From positions 1 through 34,773 of the forward strand of contig DBTO01000125.1 of assembly GCA_002307095.1 (NCBI GenBank): a stretch of DNA of 34,773 nucleotides, in the 5' to 3' direction. The notes under the pieces are model-generated. The model was not told where the DNA came from. It worked only from the letters and a program-made list of their open reading frames with translations, and ran no database searches. Below, piece after piece: positions 20,417-30,417 of the stretch; position 1 is the first letter of the stretch; the number at the start of each line of letters is the position of its first letter. Origin of the DNA: Sulfurospirillum sp. UBA1314. GTDB lineage: Bacteria > Campylobacterota > Campylobacteria > Campylobacterales > Sulfurospirillaceae. The position numbers and the translations under genes were made by a program.

Positions 20417-21786
20417 CTTTGCTCCTTTAAAACCCATGTATCTTTAAATCCGCCACCTTGGGAAGAGTTGACGATGTAACTGGTCGGATCCATCGCAAAA
20501 CGCGTGAGCCCTCCTGGCCAGACAAAAATATCTTCACCGTAAATCGAGAACATTCTAAGATCGGCTTTGCGAGGTGAAAAGGTGCCTGCTTCATCTAAAC
20601 ATTCGATGTCGTAAAACTCGATCACCTCTTGCGCGATAAAACGCCTAGGCTCCGCGATAATAGCATCTTTGAGTTTTTCGCGTTCACTCTTGGTGAGTTG
20701 TGAGCCAAACACAACGCCATATCCTCCAGCTTCCGCAACATCTTTGATGACGAGGGTTCGCATATTTTGTAAAATGTGGTTGCGATCTTTCTCAAAAAAT
20801 GCCAAGAACGTTGGGGCATTTTGCAAGATCGGCTCTTCATTCATGTAATATTTAATCATCGCTGGCACAAAGTAGTAAATGCCCTTATCGTCAGCGATGC
20901 CGTTTCCGATGCTGTTCATCAGCGCTACATTACCCGCGCGATACGCTTGCGTGATGTTGGGAACCCCGATCAAAGAGTCTGGATGAAACTCGACAGGATC
21001 AAGTGCATCATCATCAAGCCGTCGGTAAATGGCACCCACACGTGCTTTTTTTCCGTTGTAGGTTTTGAGATAGACTTTGTCTTTCTCAACGACCAAATCT
21101 TCACCATTGGCAAGTATCGCGCCACTCTCTTTGGCAAGATAAGAGTGCTCATAAAACGCAGAATTATAACGACCCGGTGTTAAGATGACATTGATGCCAC
21201 CCGTGTTGACATAGTCCATCGCCGCTTCAAGTTTCTTCGGGTAATCGCTCACCCCTTGAATCGGTAGCTTCTCAAAAAATTCAGGAAACACTTTGCGTGT
21301 CAGCATACGAAGTGAAAGCGGATAACTCACGCCACTGGGTACCCTGATGTTGTCTTCAAGCACAACCCAACCATCCCCAACACTGTTCTTAACAAGGTCG
21401 ATACCGCTAATGTGCACACGAATGTTTTTCGCCACAGAAGTATTGGCAAAAGAAGGCAGATAGGCTTTGGAAGAGAAGACAAATTCACTAGGAATGATGC
21501 CGTCTTTAAGAATTTTCTGCGCTCCGTAGACATCTTCTAAAAAGAGATTGAGGGCATAAATGCGCTGTTGTATCCCTTTTTCAAGGTACGCAAATTCTGA
21601 CGGGGAGACGATTCTTGGAATGATGTCAAAGGGGAATTTGCGCTCTATAAACGCGTTGTTTTTAAAAAGGTTGAAGTTGATCGCTTCGGTATTCATATAC
21701 GTGAGCAACTCTTGGACGCGGTTCTTGTCGATAGTGTTTAAGATGCCTTTAAACGCATCATAGAATGGACTGTTTGACTCAATCAT
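20413..21786 (-). CDS. Circularly permuted type 2 ATP-grasp protein, canonical form
   Basis: FPFDIIPR, SGIDLV, VLEDNIRVPSGVSY, TPG.YNSAFYEH, GIADDK and IVNSSQGGGFKDTWV motifs. Confidence 0.92.
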   Translation of the reverse strand: MIESNSPFYDAFKGILNTIDKNRVQELLTYMNTEAINFNLFKNNAFIERKFPFDIIPRIVSPSEFAYLEKGIQQRIYALNLFLEDVYGAQKILKDGIIPSEFVFSSKAYLPSFANTSVAKNIRVHISGIDLVKNSVGDGWVVLEDNIRVPSGVSYPLSLRMLTRKVFPEFFEKLPIQGVSDYPKKLEAAMDYVNTGGINVILTPGRYNSAFYEHSYLAKESGAILANGEDLVVEKDKVYLKTYNGKKARVGAIYRRLDDDALDPVEFHPDSLIGVPNITQAYRAGNVALMNSIGNGIADDKGIYYFVPAMIKYYMNEEPILQNAPTFLAFFEKDRNHILQNMRTLVIKDVAEAGGYGVVFGSQLTKSEREKLKDAIIAEPRRFIAQEVIEFYDIECLDEAGTFSPRKADLRMFSIYGEDIFVWPGGLTRFAMDPTSYIVNSSQGGGFKDTWVLKEQR

Positions 21787-21918
21787 AGTGTACCTTTTGC
21801 CCTTTCACCCAAATGTGATGCAAGCAGTTTAGCACAAAATTAAGCAGAGAAAGCGAATAAAAGTCTCATTTTTTGATTATTTTTTAAACACTAACAAAAG
21901 TGTGACAAAAGTTTAATC

Positions 21919-23280
21919 TTAGCCGTGCCACATATAGGCAAAAAACAACCCTTCGATCAAAAAGAGACTGCAAAAAAGTAGGTTCCATTTGAGAGAGACT
22001 TCTAGCGGTGTTACATGTAAAAATTTGGCGGTCATCAGTGACATGCCTGCAAATGGCGAGATGATAAAGGAGATAGCTGCCGATAGAAGCAAAATAAGCG
22101 CGATAGAAACGGAAGAGAGCGGAAGTGAAACGGAGAGTAAAATCTTGCCAAACATCACTGCTAGCACCAAAGGATGGATGCCGCATAAGGCGATAAAGAT
22201 AAACAAAAGAGGAATGATAAGGATAGAGAAGATGCCAAGGTGGTTAACGCTTCCTTGCAAGAATGGCTGAATGTGACTCAAAATACCACTGTGATCGACC
22301 GCACCTGCAAATAGCCCCACCGCAATAAAAAAGACTGAAAAATCGGTCGCTTGCATAATGCCACTCTCCCCGTAGTTCTTCAACACCGTTTTGAGCTCTG
22401 GCTGGTTACGGTAATACATGATCCAAATCGTTGAGACGATGAGTCCTGCGAGTAAAATTCTCCCTGTTCCTGTTGCAATCGAAAACCTTTCCAAGAGTCC
22501 TATACCCACAATAAGGCTGATAATCACAAGGATAATATGTGCGGTCTGTTTGGGTGCGTTTTTGGCGATAGAAGAAGAGTTAGTCAGCGTTTCAGACATC
22601 GAAACGATGGGCTTGTTCAGGCGTGTAAGATGCTCTAAAGCATACGACGTCAACATCCCTATGAGACTCAAAAGAAGACCCGGCACAAACAGCTGTGACC
22701 ACGAGACATGGGTCACTTGCATCACCAAAAGAATGATAATCGCCCCCGGTGCCCAAAAGAGGGCAAGTGTGTACCCTCGCATAATGGCAGTTGCAAAAAA
22801 GCGCTGGTACTGCGAAACACTGTTTTTAAGGGCTTTGTTAAAGAGTGAAACCATCACAGGCACGGTTCCAAAGAGCAAAAAGCTCGCAAAAAGATTGGTC
22901 ACAAGCATCGAAAAAAGGTAGAGCGAACTCTCCTTTTTAAAGAGTCTTTTGAGCCAATACTCAACAGTGTCACTGTAGTGCCCGACTTCGATGGGAATGG
23001 AGAAAAGCTGCATCACCACGATGATGGCGATGATGTTGGTCATGGAAGTAAGCGATTGCATCCCAATGGAAAAAGGAAGTTTATAGTAGACAAGTATGAG
23101 CGTACCCAACGTAAAAAAGAACAGAGTAATGGTGCGAAAACCACTCTTTTGTATCAAAAGACCCACCCCAAACAAAAGAGCTGTAAAAAACGTTAAAAGC
23201 TCCAAACTCACGGGCATAAAAAGGTGTGTTACATGTAAAAGTGTGATGACCAAAAGCGCCATTTTACAGAGGGTATTCAT
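21919..23280 (-). CDS. Polytopic membrane protein, putative transporter of unknown substrate
   Basis: 453 aa with 12 or more hydrophobic segments. No family-defining motif that I can confidently assign. Confidence 0.65.
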   Translation of the reverse strand: MNTLCKMALLVITLLHVTHLFMPVSLELLTFFTALLFGVGLLIQKSGFRTITLFFFTLGTLILVYYKLPFSIGMQSLTSMTNIIAIIVVMQLFSIPIEVGHYSDTVEYWLKRLFKKESSLYLFSMLVTNLFASFLLFGTVPVMVSLFNKALKNSVSQYQRFFATAIMRGYTLALFWAPGAIIILLVMQVTHVSWSQLFVPGLLLSLIGMLTSYALEHLTRLNKPIVSMSETLTNSSSIAKNAPKQTAHIILVIISLIVGIGLLERFSIATGTGRILLAGLIVSTIWIMYYRNQPELKTVLKNYGESGIMQATDFSVFFIAVGLFAGAVDHSGILSHIQPFLQGSVNHLGIFSILIIPLLFIFIALCGIHPLVLAVMFGKILLSVSLPLSSVSIALILLLSAAISFIISPFAGMSLMTAKFLHVTPLEVSLKWNLLFCSLFLIEGLFFAYMWHG

Positions 23281-23479
23281 CTACATTCCAAAATTAAAGT
23301 GTGCTATTGTACCGAAAGGAAGGTTAGAAAAATGCAACGCTTTACTTTACATGTAAAGGTTTTTAGATGAAATTTAGCTAGTATTTTATGTTTGGATAAA
23401 TGCTTACTTTTGGAAAAATTCAAAGTTTAGCCATAATTTCTAAATCCTGTAGAAAATAATTAAAAACTAAAGAGTTAAA

Positions 23480-24007
23480 ATGTTGAGTTATGTAGATGCA
23501 AATCAATTTGAATTATTTGAAAATTTGAATGATGATGTAGTAAAAAGCTTACAAATGTTAGAAAATGATAAAGAAAGTCAATTTTTAAGACGATGTTTTG
23601 TAAAAAGTGCTTTTTCTTATATTGAGTGTATTCCGTATTGTTTAAAATATCATTTAAGAAGAAAATTGCATAAAGTATTCTATGAATTAAATGCAAAAGA
23701 AAGAACATTATTGTATGAGGATAACGATTATAAAATAAGTCTCCTAGATAATTTTAAACAAACATTTAAATTAGCAAAAAAAATATTAAATAAAGAAAAT
23801 TTTGATTTAAAAACTTCAGGAAAAGAATTTAAGTTATTAAGAAAATCAATTGTTGTTAGAGACAGAATAACCCATCCAAAAAGATTTAGAGATATTCAAA
23901 TATCTGATGAAGAAATATACTATATATTAACATCCGTCAACTATATTGAACAAGTTTTTTTAGATTTTCTAAGTTATAAAAATATAAATTCAAGTGATCA
24001 GAGTTAA
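23480..24007 (+). CDS. AT-rich hypothetical protein with a HEPN-like Rx4H motif
   Basis: 175 aa, predicted helical, RDRITHPK near the C-terminus. Two sampled 60-nt lines had 9 and 14 G+C. Confidence 0.6.
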   Translation: MLSYVDANQFELFENLNDDVVKSLQMLENDKESQFLRRCFVKSAFSYIECIPYCLKYHLRRKLHKVFYELNAKERTLLYEDNDYKISLLDNFKQTFKLAKKILNKENFDLKTSGKEFKLLRKSIVVRDRITHPKRFRDIQISDEEIYYILTSVNYIEQVFLDFLSYKNINSSDQS

Positions 24008-24110
24008 ATTCTTAACTTTTACATGTAAAGCTGAAAAATAAAGCAATAGTATCAAAAAATAGCCTATACATTTTAGTTTCAACCTATTTAGACTATGATT
24101 CTCGCATAAA

Positions 24111-24896
24111 ATGAAAAAAGGATTTCCCACGATCTCAAAGGAAGAACAGACCAGAATCACCACCGTTGTTGTCAGAGTTGCGGCGATGCTTTTGGAGTAC
24201 GGTGCTGAGAGTCGTTTGATCGAGCAACTCTCGTCTCGTTTGGGTGTGGCACTGGGGTGTACGTCCATTGAGATTTCGCTGATTCCCTCTGCGATTGTTT
24301 TGACCACGCTCATTGGTGACTCTTCGGTTACGACCACGAGGCGCGCGCACGAACAGCCGATCAATATGTCAATCGTGCATCAAATCGTCACGATCTGCAT
24401 TGCGGCGGAGAAAAATCCTCGCGACATTATGATGGTGGAAACCAAGCTTGCTAACATTCATTCAAACGCGTATCCTGCGTGGTTGATTGTTCCGATGATC
24501 GGGCTTTCGTGTGCGGCATTTAGCCATTTGCAAGGGGCAGATTGGGCGGGATTTTGCATCACTTTTTTAGCCGCTTCGGTGGGAATGATGGTACGTAGGG
24601 CACTCTCTTCTCGTAATTACTCTTTGCTGATCGTCTTTGCATTTACCGCGTTTGTGTGTACGATGATCGCCAGCCTCTCTTTTTATCAAGGTCTCAGTGC
24701 GACAGGAAGTATCGTTCTCTCTTCGAGTGTTTTACTCCTTGTCCCGGGATTTCCCTATATCAACTCGATGCTCGATGCCTTCAAAGGCTACATCAGCATG
24801 GGCTGGGGACGTTGGACGCAAGCGACGCTTTTAACACTCATGTCTTCTTTGGGTATCATGCTTGCCATGGGGCTTTTGGACATTAAAGGATGGTAA
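24111..24896 (+). CDS. Threonine/serine exporter ThrE family, large subunit (YjjP-like)
   Basis: LLEYGAES.LIE, INM..V, GLSC..F and VLLLVPGFP.IN motifs. Confidence 0.88.
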   Translation: MKKGFPTISKEEQTRITTVVVRVAAMLLEYGAESRLIEQLSSRLGVALGCTSIEISLIPSAIVLTTLIGDSSVTTTRRAHEQPINMSIVHQIVTICIAAEKNPRDIMMVETKLANIHSNAYPAWLIVPMIGLSCAAFSHLQGADWAGFCITFLAASVGMMVRRALSSRNYSLLIVFAFTAFVCTMIASLSFYQGLSATGSIVLSSSVLLLVPGFPYINSMLDAFKGYISMGWGRWTQATLLTLMSSLGIMLAMGLLDIKGW

Positions 24897-25363
24897 TGAT
24901 GGAATGGGTGACTCTTTTACTTAATTCCCTGTGGGCGGCGATTCCTGCTGTGGGTTTTGGGATGATTTTCAACGTTCCGCGCTCAGCTCTGCCGTTGTGC
25001 GCGGTGGGTGGCGCTTTTACGTATGGGTTTAGAGAAGTGTTGATGCACCATCACCTCTCCATCGAACTGTCAACGTTTATCGCCGCAACGGCAATCGGCA
25101 TTATCGGTGTTTTCTGGTCACGTGCTTATGTGATGCCCAGACCCGTCTACACCGTTCCTTCCATCATTCCGATCATCCCTGGAACGTACGCGTATGAGAT
25201 GATGATAAGCCTTGTTTCGATGAACACCGATGGCGTCACTGATGCTTTGCTTTCAAGTTTTATCCAAAATGGCTTACATGCGGTCAGTATTTTATTTGCG
25301 ATTGCCTTTGGTTTGGTACTGCCTTCGATGTATTATACCAAGCGCCAAAAGCCGATTATTTAG
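24890..25363 (+). CDS. ThrE_2 family small subunit (YjjB-like)
   Basis: AAIPAVGFGMIFNVP and IIP.IPG..AY motifs. Overlaps the upstream gene. Confidence 0.88.
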   Translation: MVMMEWVTLLLNSLWAAIPAVGFGMIFNVPRSALPLCAVGGAFTYGFREVLMHHHLSIELSTFIAATAIGIIGVFWSRAYVMPRPVYTVPSIIPIIPGTYAYEMMISLVSMNTDGVTDALLSSFIQNGLHAVSILFAIAFGLVLPSMYYTKRQKPII

Positions 25364-25453
25364 GGGTTTTGGTGTTTACATGTAAAGCCAAAAAACAAGA
25401 TAAAAGCAGTGCATCCTTTCATCCTAAATCCCCATTTTCCCTTTCTAAGTTTA

Positions 25454-25462
25454 TGTTATAAT
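25454..25462 (+). promoter_or_regulatory. Extended -10 promoter element for the hemerythrin gene
   Basis: TGTTATAAT, 34 nt upstream of ATG 25497. Confidence 0.55.
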
Positions 25463-25496
25463 TTTCAAAATTGCATCAAAATTCAATTTACAAGGA

Positions 25497-25961
25497 ATGG
25501 CAATGTCGTATTGGAAATGGGAGCCAGCTTTTTCAGTGGGTATCGCTGTGATTGATGATCAGCATAAGCAAATGATTGCGTATATTAATGAGCTCGGCAC
25601 GATTTCGATCTATCACGATAACGAAAAAGTGCGTACGGTGCTTTTAGCGTTAATGGATTACACGGTGTCTCATCTTGCCTTTGAAGAGCGTTTGATGGAA
25701 GAGGCAGGGTATCCTAAACTGGAAGCGCATAAGCAGGTGCATCTTTCATTTATTGAGCGTATTCATTTCTTTCAAGAACGCTATGAGAACGGTGAAGATA
25801 TTTCTAAACAGCTGATGATGGATCTGCAAATGTGGCTGATCAATCACATACAACACGAGGATGCGGACTATAAAGAGGTTGTTCAAGCGATGCTTCACAA
25901 AAAAGAAGGTCAAATGAACGGTGGGTGGCTCACAACCTTGATCGATAAATTTTTTAAATAA
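25497..25961 (+). CDS. Bacteriohemerythrin
   Basis: W...FSVG...ID.QH, H...EE..M...YP....H...H and WL..HI...D iron-ligand pattern. Confidence 0.92.
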   Translation: MAMSYWKWEPAFSVGIAVIDDQHKQMIAYINELGTISIYHDNEKVRTVLLALMDYTVSHLAFEERLMEEAGYPKLEAHKQVHLSFIERIHFFQERYENGEDISKQLMMDLQMWLINHIQHEDADYKEVVQAMLHKKEGQMNGGWLTTLIDKFFK

Positions 25962-25988
25962 CCACCATTTGAGTGTTTACATGTAAAA

Positions 25989-26017
25989 AAAACGCTCCTC
26001 GTTTTGAAGAGCGTTTT
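25989..26017. terminator. Probable bidirectional intrinsic terminator
   Basis: AAAACGCTC...GAGCGTTTT stem between the convergent hemerythrin and ATPase genes. Confidence 0.7.
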
Positions 26018-26023
26018 GTGTGT

Positions 26024-28015
26024 TTATTTATGCGTTAAAACCCGTGTCGCATTGAGTACAGCGATGAGCGCAACGCCCACATCGCCAAAAACCGCTTCCC
26101 ACATCGTGGCAATTCCCATCGCTCCCATGATCAAAATAATCCCTTTAACCCCAAGTGCAAAGATGATGTTTTGCCACACGATAGCATGGGTTTTATGGGC
26201 GATTTTAAGCGCAGTGGCGACTTTGCTGATCTCATCGGTCATGATGACAATGTCGGCGGCTTCAATCGCCGCGTCTGAGCCAACTCCCCCCATTGCGATG
26301 CCGATGTCTGCGCGTGCAAGGACTGGTGCATCGTTGATGCCATCTCCCACAAAAACGGTTTTGCCTTTGCCGCTTTTGCGTGCCATAATCTCTTCAAGCT
26401 TTTCGACTTTTTGATGCGGTAAAAGTTCGGCTTCCACATGCGTGATGCCAAGTTCCTTAGCGACTTTTTCGGCGGCGGCTTTATTGTCGCCTGTGAGCAT
26501 CACGATATTTTTAATGCCAAGCGCTTTGAGCGCTAAAATGGCTTGTTTGCTATCCGTTTTGGGTGTATCGGCGATGATGAGGTAGCCTGCTAAAACGCCC
26601 TCAACCACGACATAAACGACGGTGTCGGGCGTATCGATTGTTTCATGGACAATGGTGTGCTCAAGGAGGAGTTTATCGTTGCCTGCTAGAACGGTCTTGC
26701 CCTCTATGGTCGCTTTGACGCCGTAGCCTGCGAGTTCCTCATAGTCGCTCACCACTGCTTCCAAAGGCTCTGTGTACGCGCGTTTGATGGAAAGGGCGAT
26801 GGGATGGCTTGAGTGCATCTCAGCCAGAGCCGCAAGCCGCAAGACATCCCCTTCACTGTTTCCGTGTAGTGCAGTGATGGAGGTTACGCTAAAAATGCCT
26901 TTGGTCAGTGTGCCAGTTTTATCCAAAACAACGGTATCGACGCCGTTGAGCGCTTCAAGAAAGTTGCCCCCTTTGACCAAAATACCGTTTTTAGACGCAC
27001 CACCGATGCCTCCAAAAAAGCTCAGCGGTATGGAAACGACCAATGCGCATGGGCATGAGACAACCAAGAAAACCAACGAGCGTCTAAACCAGTCACTTAA
27101 AAGGGCGTCTTGCATCAAAAGCGGTGGCACGAACGCGAGGAGGGCGGCTGATATGACGACAAGTGGCGTATAGTACTTGGCAAATGTGGTGATAAATTGC
27201 TCTGTTTTGGCTTTTTTAGCGCCTGCATTTTGCACAAGGTCTAAGATCTTAGAAACCGTGGACTCTGAGAAAAGTTTGGTCGTCTCTACGATAATCACAC
27301 CCGTTTTATTGATGGTTCCAGAGAGAATTTCACTGCCGACGGTGACCTCTTTAGGTAAGGATTCGCCTGTGAGTGCCGAGGTGTCCAGTGTGGAGCGACC
27401 CTCTAAAATAATGCCATCGAGTGGGATTTTCTCTCCCGGTCTGACGATGATGCAACTTCCTAGTGCAACATCACTTGGGTTTACTTTGTGCTCGCCCGTT
27501 TCGCTTTGCAGGTTTGCAAAATCGGGTCGGATGTCCATCAGTTTGGTGATGGATTTGCGTGAACGATCGACTGCTAAGTCTTGGAAAAACTCACCGATAC
27601 GGAAGAAAAGCATCACCGCGACGCCCTCAGGATACTCGCCGATACTAAACGCTCCAACGGTTGCAAGTCCCATCAAAAAGTTTTCATCAAACAGATGCCC
27701 TTTAAAAAGGTTGGTGACCGCCATGTAGAGGATTTCGCCACCGACAAGGAAAAAGCTGATCAGATAGGTCCAAAACATCAAAGGATTGCTCTCATCCATC
27801 ACAATAGCGGAGACAAAGAGCACCGCGCCGATGCAAAACGTGACAAAATGCCACGATTTAAACATCTCCATCACGCTAGAATCGCCTAAACCGTGATGGT
27901 GCTCATGCTCATGATGCGCATGGGCATCTGGCACAATGGGCTGGCATCTACTGCAACAACTCTCCGCTGTCGCGTCGCATGTTTGGGGTGCGGTCTCATG
28001 AAATTGCATACTCAA
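26024..28015 (-). CDS. cadA: Zn/Cd/Pb-exporting P1B-type ATPase
   Basis: TGES, SCPC, DKTGT, HP and GDGINDAP motifs; TM7 Lys (GVKG) and TM8 Asp (FGDVG) match the P1B-2 pattern. Cys/His-rich N-terminus. Confidence 0.9.
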   Translation of the reverse strand: MSMQFHETAPQTCDATAESCCSRCQPIVPDAHAHHEHEHHHGLGDSSVMEMFKSWHFVTFCIGAVLFVSAIVMDESNPLMFWTYLISFFLVGGEILYMAVTNLFKGHLFDENFLMGLATVGAFSIGEYPEGVAVMLFFRIGEFFQDLAVDRSRKSITKLMDIRPDFANLQSETGEHKVNPSDVALGSCIIVRPGEKIPLDGIILEGRSTLDTSALTGESLPKEVTVGSEILSGTINKTGVIIVETTKLFSESTVSKILDLVQNAGAKKAKTEQFITTFAKYYTPLVVISAALLAFVPPLLMQDALLSDWFRRSLVFLVVSCPCALVVSIPLSFFGGIGGASKNGILVKGGNFLEALNGVDTVVLDKTGTLTKGIFSVTSITALHGNSEGDVLRLAALAEMHSSHPIALSIKRAYTEPLEAVVSDYEELAGYGVKATIEGKTVLAGNDKLLLEHTIVHETIDTPDTVVYVVVEGVLAGYLIIADTPKTDSKQAILALKALGIKNIVMLTGDNKAAAEKVAKELGITHVEAELLPHQKVEKLEEIMARKSGKGKTVFVGDGINDAPVLARADIGIAMGGVGSDAAIEAADIVIMTDEISKVATALKIAHKTHAIVWQNIIFALGVKGIILIMGAMGIATMWEAVFGDVGVALIAVLNATRVLTHK

Positions 28016-28373
28016 ATCCTCGTGGTTCTAAAATGTGTTCTAAGCCTTGGTTAAAAATGTTTTTGATGTGTTCGTCATCAAGTGAATAAAAGACGACTTT
28101 GCCCTCTTTACGGTGCTTGACAAGTCTTGCTTGACGAAGGACACGCAGTTGGTGCGAGATGGAAGAGGGCGTCATGTGCAAAAGTTCTGCGATGTCACAA
28201 ACACACATCTCTGCTTCAAAAAGCGCTGAGATAATCTTCACGCGCGTCGTGTCGCCAAAGACTTTAAAGAGCTCAGCGAGGTCATAAAGCTTCTCTTCTT
28301 GAGGCATCTTTTTTCTGACCATTTCGATGACATTTTCATGCACAACATCGCAACTGCAAAATTCATCGCTCAT
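27996..28373 (-). CDS. ArsR/SmtB family metal-responsive repressor (CadC-like)
   Basis: ELFKVFGD.TR, EMCVCDIA, SHQLR.L and YSLDDEH motifs. Start moved to 28373 (AAGGAGG RBS). Confidence 0.9.
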   Translation of the reverse strand: MSDEFCSCDVVHENVIEMVRKKMPQEEKLYDLAELFKVFGDTTRVKIISALFEAEMCVCDIAELLHMTPSSISHQLRVLRQARLVKHRKEGKVVFYSLDDEHIKNIFNQGLEHILEPRGFEYAIS

Positions 28374-28406
28374 CGGTTCCTCCTTTAATTTGATATATAA
28401 ATGCGC

Positions 28407-28426
28407 ATATGAACAATTGCTCATAT
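28407..28426. promoter_or_regulatory. SmtB/CadC-type operator inverted repeat
   Basis: ATATGAACA-AT-TGCTCATAT, 33 nt upstream of the repressor start. Matches the TGAACA-N2-TGTTCA core known for SmtB/CzrA-type operators. Confidence 0.8.
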
Positions 28427-28704
28427 ATTAAAATAAGACACATTAGAAAAAGCTTAAAATGATAGGCATACTCAAAAAGTTTTACATGTAAAGAAAATGA
28501 GGAGATAAAAGTTTAATATTTATACTCTTTTATTTTATTCGCAGCGTAACGCTATTTTCATGCTATAAACTTTATGTAATATCTTTTTTCTGATTAAAGC
28601 ATTTGTGAAAATAGGTCATAAAAAGTGACTTATGATGTTTCAAGACTTCTTATTTCGCAGCTTATTAGCGTTTCTAATGAAAGAATTAAAAGGAAAAGAA
28701 TTTA

Positions 28705-30315
28705 ATGAGTATTTCAAAACAATTATTAGCAATGTTGCTCATTGCTATTTTAGGTCTCATAGGAGTCCTGAGTATTTCTATCCAAAAGATGGAAACGGTT
28801 TATCAAAAAACCAATACGTGCAATGTTGATGCGTTGCCAAGTGTTTTAATACTGAGTGATGCTCTGTTTAATGCGTCTATGATTCGAGTTTTGATTTGGC
28901 AGCATATTGCCCAAGATGATTTAAGTGTTATGCAAAAAATCGAAGATGATCTTGAAAAAAGAAAAATACTACTCAAAGAGGCTTTAAAAAAATACGAACC
29001 ATTCATCTCTGATGATACGGATAAAGAGTTTCTTCAAAAAGACCGAGTAGCTGTTAATGCGTACCTTCAACTTGTGGATAAAGCGATTGTTTTTTCAAGA
29101 GAAAATAAAAGAGTGGAATCGAGAGATATTCTTTTTAAAAATCCTACCATCATGGATGAGATGACGAACTCGTTTGTTCAACAGATGGAATACAATCGAC
29201 AACTTGCCGAGACCGATGCCAAAGAAGCTGTTTTAACAAAAAATAATGCGAGTTTACTTGTCATAGTATCTGCGGTGATGATTGCACTTGCTGTCATTCT
29301 CCTTGGAATTGCAATCCGAAACAACATTATGCACGGTGTTTCATTGATTCGTGATGGCATCGCAGGTTTTGTTCAAAACAAAGAGTTGAAATTTAGAATT
29401 AAGTATGGCAAGAAAAATGAGATAGAAGAGATCGTACAGAGTTTCAATAGCTTAGTCAGTACCTTAGAAGTGATTATTGATGATGTTAAACACTCATCCA
29501 GCGAAAATGCTTCCGTTTCGCATGAGCTAAGCACGACCAGCATGCAAATAGGTCGTAATGCAGAGCACAGTACGATCATTGTTAACAATACCATTGAAGA
29601 GATAATCTCCATTAAAAAGTTTGTTCAAGAAACAGCTCTTCTTTCAGAGTCTATGAAAAAAAGCATTGGCGTGGCTGGCGAGAAACTAGAGTCTGCAAAG
29701 AATGAAGTGGTGATGCTCAAAAATGAAGTTGAACTTGCCAGTGAAGCCGAAACAACGCTTGCAGGGCAGTTAGAACAGATGAGTAGAGATGCTGAACAAG
29801 TGAAGCAAATTCTAACTGTTATCTCCGATATTGCCGATCAAACAAACCTTCTAGCGCTTAATGCTGCCATAGAAGCGGCACGCGCTGGGGAGCATGGGCG
29901 TGGATTTGCTGTCGTGGCTGATGAAGTGCGAAAACTAGCAGAACGTACGCAAACCTCTTTGACGGAGATTAATGCAACGATTAATGTCATCGTCCAATCC
30001 ATCGTTAACTCTTCTGAGCAAATGAGTAAAAATGCTCAAAATATTAGACGTTTAGCATCTGTTTCAATCAATGTTGGAGAGACCATCACCCATACGACAT
30101 CCGTTATGCAAGAGAGTATAGAAGCTGTGACAATAAGCGCTAAGAACTCTAATAAAATTGTGAACGATACCGATAAAATCGTCAATCTTGTAACCAATAT
30201 CAACAGTATCACCAGTGAAAATGCCAGAAGTGTTGAAGAGATAGCAAGTGCAGCTGATCATCTCTCAAAACTCGCTGAAAATCTCAATCAAAAATTGGGG
30301 CAATTTAAATCGTAA
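28705..30315 (+). CDS. Methyl-accepting chemotaxis protein (4-helix-bundle-type sensor, HAMP, MA domain)
   Basis: Two TM segments and the [40 protein letters not shown] signature. Confidence 0.95.
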   Translation: MSISKQLLAMLLIAILGLIGVLSISIQKMETVYQKTNTCNVDALPSVLILSDALFNASMIRVLIWQHIAQDDLSVMQKIEDDLEKRKILLKEALKKYEPFISDDTDKEFLQKDRVAVNAYLQLVDKAIVFSRENKRVESRDILFKNPTIMDEMTNSFVQQMEYNRQLAETDAKEAVLTKNNASLLVIVSAVMIALAVILLGIAIRNNIMHGVSLIRDGIAGFVQNKELKFRIKYGKKNEIEEIVQSFNSLVSTLEVIIDDVKHSSSENASVSHELSTTSMQIGRNAEHSTIIVNNTIEEIISIKKFVQETALLSESMKKSIGVAGEKLESAKNEVVMLKNEVELASEAETTLAGQLEQMSRDAEQVKQILTVISDIADQTNLLALNAAIEAARAGEHGRGFAVVADEVRKLAERTQTSLTEINATINVIVQSIVNSSEQMSKNAQNIRRLASVSINVGETITHTTSVMQESIEAVTISAKNSNKIVNDTDKIVNLVTNINSITSENARSVEEIASAADHLSKLAENLNQKLGQFKS

Positions 30316-30357
30316 AATAGGGAGAAGTTTGAAAAATTTTTCTTTACATGTAAAGAA

Positions 30358-30413
30358 AGATAAGGGAAAAAGTTAAAAGTCAAGCTTTGCGCTCAACACT
30401 TTTTCCCTTATCT
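30358..30413. terminator. 16-bp inverted repeat between convergent genes; possible terminator
   Basis: AGATAAGGGAAAAAGT (30358-30373) pairs with ACTTTTTCCCTTATCT (30398-30413); 24-nt loop. Confidence 0.6.
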
Positions 30414-30417
30414 CTGG

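Noticed and set aside
28374-28424. N-terminal extension of the ArsR ORF in the track
   Set aside because: It overlaps the operator; a strong RBS supports the ATG at 28373.
28493-28704. Long AT-rich leader of the MCP gene as a riboswitch or sRNA
   Set aside because: Only a short AGCGT-A-ACGCT palindrome is visible; no RNA family features that I can support.
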